NCBI GenBank assembly: GCA_044892525.1
Contig: CM097885.1
Span: forward strand, 19,842,001-19,906,000
DNA length: 64,000 nt
Source of the DNA: Schmidtea polychroa
Lineage: Eukaryota
Direction: 5' to 3'
This document shows, piece by piece, positions 56,701 through 64,000 of this stretch. Position numbers and translations under genes: made by a program. Each line of letters begins with the position of its first letter. Position 1 is the stretch's first letter. Under the pieces are notes generated by a model. It was not told the origin of the DNA, did no database searches, and was given only the letters and a program-made list of their open reading frames with translations.

Positions 56701-56845
56701 CTGAATAATGTCTAAACAGTGCCAAACAGTCTAAACAGAAAGGAAGAGATGGAGGTCAAAGGAAGATGTCAGGGGGAAGAATTCAAAGAAATACTTATCA
56801 ATAAATAAAAGATGTGTATCAACCAAGGAACGTACATCAAAGACA

Positions 56846-59007
56846 ATGGGAAACAATATAACAGAAGAGATATTGCAGCTATCAAGTATGACCCTAACCC
56901 TAACCGCCCCATTATTGGTATTTCCAGACTTCAGAAAAGAATTTATATTAGACACAGACGCCAGCTTCGATACTATTGGAGCAGTTCTTTCGCAAAAGGA
57001 TGAAAAAGGACATGAACATGTCATTGCATATGTTTCATGCAAAACATGTTTACAGTGTATGATGGAACATGAAGATCCAAAAACCGGCAAAATTAAAACC
57101 AAAATTTTAACAGTAACAGCAGAAGGCGGATATAACGAGTGGCAAAATGACAATGTGGAGGTCCAAGAAATAAAGAGTAAGTTAGAAAATAAAGATTGTA
57201 AATTCATGATGGAAAACAACACGGTACTAACTAAGCAAGGTAAAATATGGATACCATCAGATAATAGACAAAGGATGATAAAAGAAGTACGCATTGCTGT
57301 GCCATGCAGGTACACAGAAAGTAACGAAATATATCCAAAATAATTTTGACATTGAAAATCTAGCAACGGAAGTAAAAGGGGTAATTGAGAACTGCGAAAG
57401 ATGTCAGAAAATGAAAACGATAACAACCAAGACAAAGGAGGAAACTCAAACAATAAAGAGTAGTGAACCATTCGAGAAAATATATATGGACATATGTGGG
57501 CCATTGAAAGAAATGTTCAATAAAAAGAAATATATTTGCGGAATCATTGACCACTATAGTAAATACATCTCATTAACGGCCATAAACAAGCAAGGCGAAA
57601 AAACAATTAGTGAGACTTTATTAAATAGATGGATATTAAAGTTTGGAGCTCCAAAAGAACTTCATGTAGATTGTGGGAAGAACTTTGAAGCAAGAAGTAT
57701 TAAAGAACTTGCAAAGGCAGGTGGTATTGAATTAATCTTCTCAAACCCATATCACCACAACACGAATGGTATTATTGAAAGACAGTTCAGAACAATCAGA
57801 GAGTATATTAACGCGTCATTGAATGTAGGAGGAAGAAAAAACTGGGCTGATTTAGTACCAGAAATAGAATATACTTTAAATGCAACAGTTTAAAAAACAA
57901 TGGGAGTAAGTCCAACAGAGATTATATTTGGAAGGAAAATCGACAGAATGAAATGGTACATGAATAAAGGAATAAATAGAGAGGATATGGAAAAAAGAAT
58001 AGAGGATAAAACATTAATGCCAAACGGAAGTAAACAGTGAGAAACTTGGAAATGGGAGATATGGTGTTGAATAATTTAACTGAATCTGACTATCAACAAC
58101 AATAATCGAAAGTGTTTCCACAATACTTTTGATTATTGTTGCTTTATTGGTCATATGAAAAATATCGTAGTTTTCCTGATTCGAAAAAACTAAATTAGGG
58201 TCTGTAAAATATTGCAGAATATCTCCTTTTCTCCTTTTTTGCTGCATATTAAGGGTTTTTTTAATTCAGTGCTTAAAAAATTATTTTGTTTAGACAATTC
58301 ATCCAACATAAATTTTAACGTTACATCGGCTACATATAAATTAGTATTTTCTTTAGATAGGGTTTCCACAGCTACCTTGATGGGTTGCAAATTTGTGATT
58401 ATGTGACAGTAATTTTAATTCTCTGTCAATGAAATCAAACTAGAATTTTAAATCAATCAAACTTTTTCGGACAGCATCTTTAAGTAATAAAAATCTCTCC
58501 CAAATATATAATAAACTATTCCACCTGGTTTTACAATCTAAAATTAAACAAAGCTCTTTCCCAATGATTTCTTTTACATACTTTTGTAATAAATTATTTT
58601 TGGTTGCCGATTTTCTATAAATTCTTACTATCTGCCGTATTTTTGTTATTAAACAATTTATTTCATCATTTTGAAGAACAAGTTGAAAAGATTCAGTTGC
58701 TTCTTGATATATATATAAATTAATGATCATATTCACTATCGGAAATATCAGAATAAAATTTCAGAATACAAATTTCTATCAAGGATTTTTGATTTACCGA
58801 ATTTACCGGTAAATGTACCGTGTTTTTTACTGATATACAATCCCTAGTGTTGATCAAACAAGAAATTAGAAATAAAGACAAAGCAAGATGGGAAGGGCCG
58901 TACAAAATGATAAAGAAAATACATGAACGAGCTATTTACTTAAAGATCAAAATGGGAACACGATAGTTAGAAATGTTGAGAAGATCAAACATTTAAAAAA
59001 AGGGGGA
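56846..59007 (+). pseudogene. Gypsy/Ty3 pol remnant (RNase H, integrase), interrupted by a hAT fragment; PPT then LTR start
   Basis: FILDTDAS..IGAVLSQ, H..C..CQ, MDICGP, HVDCG, PYHHNTNGIIER, WEGPY; PPT AAAAAAAGGGGGA followed by TGT at 59008. Confidence 0.85.
58080..58840 (-). pseudogene. hAT transposase fragment
   Basis: LILDCKTRWNSLLYIWERFL and PIKVAVETLS motifs. Confidence 0.75.
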
Positions 59008-60748
59008 TGTGAGGAGTCAAAATTAAAATGTTAAATTAAAATTATTTCATGATTAAATTTTGCAAAATTAAAAGTGAAACTTAAATTATTTGAAATAAAT
59101 TAGAATTAAAATGGTCTTTTATTCATATTTGGTTGAAATTAAAATTTATAAAAAGAAAATGTCCCAAGAATATTTGCTTATATAAGCAGATTTAATGAAA
59201 TATAATTTTGGATTAATTTAGTCTTAGTAATTTATTTGATAACAGAAGAATTGAATGTTATAGCTTCTAACACGTAATAATAATTCAAATTAAATTAAAT
59301 TAGGGCTAAGTAAATTAAGAGTCTAAAATTAATTTTTTTATGAAATAAATTTCAAAGGCAAAATTAAATACAAAAAATGATGGCTAAGTTAATTTAGATA
59401 AATAGGTAAAAAAAGGGCTAATTTTTAAAATTAATTTTAAATAAGTAAATTAAAGTTAAAAATTTTAAATTAAAGTAATATTATAAATTAAAGTAAATTA
59501 ATGAAATAAGTAAAATTAAAGTAAGAATTTAAAATTTATTATCAAAAAGTTTGAATAATAGTCGGCTTTTGAGAAATGAAAATTTTTATGAAATAATTTT
59601 CAAAGGCAAAATTAAATACAAATTTTTATTAAATTAATTTCAAAGAAATATTTCAATTAACTTCTACTTGGATAACGTGAGCTAAACCAATAAGTTACTT
59701 CATGGGCCTAAAGATTTTATCACTACCCCAGAAATTTCTGTGATAAGATAATGTTTTGAATCACTTAATTTTTATTTAAAATTTATTATCTCATTTCTCG
59801 ATAAATTCATTTGATTTAAAAACGAAATAAATTTATGTTAAAATTTTAATTTCACATTAATTTTAATAAATTTTAAATTTTTATTGTTTGTATAAAACTT
59901 TTAGAAAAAGAATATTTATTTTTGCACCAATATTAAATTATTTTTGCCCAAAAAAATGTTGTCTAGCGTCTTTAGATTCTTATTTGAACCCAATTTTCAG
60001 AATCTCTGTTGATAGAACTGGTATAGCATATTAATAGTTTAACACTGAAATTAATTTTTTATTTGCTTCAGTTCTGGGAGAACTGGAATCAACCAAACTC
60101 TTTGCGAGAATGGAATGGAAAAAGGATGAAGAAGAATTTACAATCGAAGCTCAATTGCCTTTTATTACAACTCTTCTTAAAGGGTTTATTTCCTTTTAAA
60201 TTATAATAATAATTAAATTTGAAGGAAAATTAATTATATAATAATTAAACTGAATATATAATATTTTTAATATGAATAATTTACAAGGTTTTTTTATTTA
60301 TTAGTTCGTCTTTTAAATTCAATATTGTTAATTTAATTATGTTTTATTTCAATTCGATTATGATAATTGTATATTTTAATTATTATTAAATATTTAATAT
60401 AGATTTTGATTAAAGATTGCCATTTAATTATTAATGATTTTTAAATCAATTTATTAATAATTAAAAATAAAACACTAGTAAATGTCTAGGTCACATTAAT
60501 AGATATAAACTTCTATACAAAACCCCTAATTAATTAATAAATGTTGTGAATGGTTGTTTGAATAAGATCTATTAGATCAGTGTTTCCCAAACCTTTTATT
60601 GTGCTATGCCCACGAAGTCTTTCGAAGAGTCGTATGCCCACCACATAACGTACATTTATAATATTCAATATTAAAAAATTGAATTATTCAATAATACATA
60701 TTATTGGATTTTCGTTAAAAAATAAACAAACAGTTTTCAAAACATATA

Positions 60749-60975
60749 CCGTATATTTCGGCGTATAAGGCGACCGTCAGATAAGACGAGTTACAAAATT
60801 AGAGCAAATTTTTATGATTTACCATATATCGGTTGTAGTAGTATAAATACAACTAGTATAAATACAACTACCTGTACTGTAATACTTTCTTTTATATCGG
60901 TTGTATAAGACGACCCACAATTTTCAAGGGTGATTTTTTGACTTTAAGGGTCGTCTTATACGCCGAAATATACGG
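60749..60975. mobile_element. Tc1/pogo-type MITE (TA TSD) within a hAT remnant (~60578-61420)
   Basis: TA|CCGTATATTTCGGCGTATAAG...CTTATACGCCGAAATATACGG|TA; host remnant shows FPSSYLVECGFS. Confidence 0.8.
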
Positions 60976-61490
60976 TAATTGAAATTTAGTACAAAATATC
61001 GTCAACTGAAAATATTTAATGGAATCCTTGTTCTTGATGCCTTTTGCAAAGACATTTAATTTAGTATGCTTAAGTTTCAAGTACCCTCGATTTGTTATAT
61101 CCAACCGATTTCTTTTCTTTAGCAGCAAATCATTTATGGCACTAAATCCACATTCCACTAAATATGACGATGGAAACGATAACAATCGTTTTCTTATGTG
61201 ATGTAATATCAATTTCAACAAGTTGTATATGTATTCACTCAATTCATCTATTCTTATGCAAACAGTACTATTGCTGAGTGGCATAGATTTAATCTCTTTG
61301 AACATATTGTAAAATGATTAAAAATAAGATTAAAAGACGTCAGTATTCAGAGAAATTTTTAAAATTTACGAATACCTACTGTTCACAACGAATGGTTGCC
61401 CTTTTGTCTCTTATGAGAAAAATCCTTTACCAATGAAAAGAAGTCGCATTTGAAGGTGAAACATAGTGCTCATATTAATTCAGATATAGT

Positions 61491-61869
61491 CAGTGCTCGA
61501 AGTGGAACAAAATATGTGCCGGGATAGGCATGCTGTGGCACCCGGGATTCCAGGCTTTTATGCAGAAATTTTCAGTTGGGGGTGTTGCAAAACTTTGGGG
61601 GGGGGTGTCCAACAAATACCTACCTATCCATTACTGCTGCTTGGTAAATTCTTAATTGAATAGAGAATAGAGAATAAAGAATATATATATACATAAATAT
61701 ATGGATGTACTATGTGTGACCTTAATTGCAGTATTTGTGTGCCTATAAAATGAAATAAGTACCGGGATAAACCTATAGATTATATGAAATGAAGTGCCGG
61801 GATGCAATTCCGCCTACATAATCAATGCCGGGATAATATCCCGGCTATCCCGCCTCACTTCGAGCACTG
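61491..61869. mobile_element. hAT MITE
   Basis: TIR CAGTGCTCGAAGTG / CACTTCGAGCACTG, perfect 8-bp TSD GATATAGT, CCGGGAT subterminal repeats. Confidence 0.88.
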
Positions 61870-62166
61870 GATATAGTTCAAATATTAATTACTCTAAAGA
61901 AAAAAAATAACCGTTTTAAGAAATGCTGATATTGATTGCTTAATTAAATTCTCTCCTATAGTATGATTTTTTCCACATTTAGCGATGAGTAATTAAATTT
62001 GGCAACTAGCCTCAACAATGCGATCGACACTTCCAGTTCGTTTTTTTAATTTTTTGAGATAAATAATAAACAATGTTATAATCTGAGGACCCAGACATTC
62101 AACATTCAAACATGTAGGTATTAATTCACAAAAATTATAAATTGTTACATAATAAGGTAAGCAAGG

Positions 62167-64000
62167 TAGGGGTTTTTAAAAACAGTACTTTTCAAAAAAA
62201 AACATCTGTTACTGTTTTAAATTTTCAAAAAAACAGGTGATAACAGCTGTTTTTACTGTTTTTATTTTTCTTGAATTTTACAAATAAAAAAATAACTATT
62301 TTAACTATTTTATCTTGGTACAAAAATTTGTGCATATCGAAAATACACGTTCAACATCAGTTGGTTTTATGCAAAGAAGTGCGTCATATAATTTTTGCAG
62401 ATTTTCTGTTCTTTTCCCCGATATTCTTGAAAAGCATGAATTCTGATTTGAGCCACCTGACAATTCTTCTTTCTGGAGTAACATATTCAATTCATTCTGC
62501 AGCGATAGATTTTCATTTTCATCAATATTCGGTGACTCTTGAGCTACTTCATCTACATCATCATTGACTCCAAAAGGACGAGAGGTTAAATTGCCTGCAA
62601 AAGTAATAGTGGCCTTTAATGGAATGATTGCGGGATCCCTGAGGCTTTGTAATAACTTCATAACGTCCTCATTATCTCGCTCATTTACAAGAATTTTCAA
62701 ATTTTCTATGAGCTTATTATTAATGTCGCTGTTCAAATCAGAAAGTTTATTGAACATGAATTGTAATATTTTTTCAGCACTCGCTAAAGTTGCGTTCTCA
62801 TGACTTAAATTCTTAACAGCTAATTTAACGGGTTCCATGGCCTTGAGAAGTATTTTTAATGCAGAAAAGTCCAGTGCTTCTATTTTATCCAACGCCTTGA
62901 ATCCAGTTAAAGTTTCGCAAATCGCTGTTTCCGTCTTGATTAGTGGTCCAGTCATGGTGGGAATAGAATTCCTCGGGTCTTGATATCGAGATGAAGCTCC
63001 ATCTCACCGCCGAATTCATGCTTAACTTTGTTTTGAAAGAGATCGTTGCGAACTGTTGATTTCTTGATAAATCTCACAAATTTTCTTGAATTCTCTAGTA
63101 AGCCATGATAATCCACTTCTTCCTGTTCGATTTCATCATTGCTTATAATTTCCAAATCCATTCCATCATCGAAATTGTCAATTTCGTCGATCTCACAGCT
63201 ATCTAAGTAATGCTCTTCGAAATCTTCAACTCTTTTCTTATATAATATATCGCACACACCCAAGTGGATGCCATGATTAATACAAAATTGTCCAATAACA
63301 TCGACGTGACGAGTGTATTTTTTGTTTACAGCAGCTCCATTTTGCGTAGAACCCACAATATCTTTGCGCATATTGATACCAAATTCAGCTATATGTCGTT
63401 TCATTGTTTCAACCATTTCAAGAGCAGAACATGAGACAAGCGTACGCACAAGACCAGTTCTTAATGTTGTTTTGTCAACACTTCTATGAAAATTTATACC
63501 AAAAAATCGTCTTCTTCTCACGGTGGTATATTCGTCAACAGTCAATACTGTATTTTGCTCCATTTTTGAGTTTTTTCCTGGATGCTGTCAATCATTGAGT
63601 TTCTTCTTTCATTGTAATCCTCGTGGACTAATTTCATGACATCACATTCTGTTCCTGGAAGTTTGTATCCATTTTTTCCTGGATGCTGTCAATCATTGAG
63701 TTTCTTCTTTCATTGTAATCCTCGTGGACTAATTTCATGACATCACATTCTGTTCCTGGAAGTTTGTATCCATCTCGAGAAATTGATTGCTTGATATAAC
63801 TATTTCTAGTTATAGTTCTGTTGCGAGGTCTGAGATGATTTCTTTTAAACTTTTTCCGTATAGAAAATCTTCAATTCTCTCTGGTCTCTTTTCTTCTACT
63901 GGCTTTTCTGATGCTTTTTGAGTAGTTTTATCGGCATTGATGCATGAGTCATGAGATGTTTCTTTAATGTTGTGGTAGACTAGCCTGAACACTTGATAAT
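62167..64000 (-). pseudogene. hAT transposase pseudogene, truncated by the window edge
   Basis: LTVDEYT, CINHGIHL, LDIKTR, KPTDVERVFS; frameshifts and a ~100-bp tandem duplication at ~63572-63773. Confidence 0.8.

Noticed and set aside
63572..63773. ~100-bp direct repeat as a regulatory feature
   Set aside because: Simple tandem duplication inside a dead hAT transposase, possibly an assembly artefact.

Overview
Very AT-rich, (ATT)n-microsatellite-rich eukaryotic (animal) DNA with many 38-56 nt introns, resembling a triclad flatworm (inference only). Two host genes lie on the minus strand: a NEK6/7-type kinase whose introns cover most of the window, and mitochondrial ribosomal protein L4. One NEK intron holds a complete 15,961-bp Polinton/Maverick (adintovirus-like) element at 21881-37841, with AGTAGT...ACTACT ends, ~1.1-kb TIRs and a TTATTC TSD. 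It carries the core set (pPolB, adenain protease, major and minor capsid, integrase, packaging ATPase, core proteins) plus a TBP-like gene, an IAP-type RING gene and a candidate SSB. At least 9 GT-AG introns can be reconstructed inside the element. The next NEK intron holds a dead hAT element containing an 11.4-kb, apparently non-coding element with Polinton-like AGTAG termini and multi-kb inverted arms. Also present are Penelope remnants with minimal hammerhead ribozymes, two solo LTRs, Merlin/mariner/Gypsy/hAT debris, MITEs and a Helitron 3' end. All splice models and motif matches were made by eye; no searches were run.
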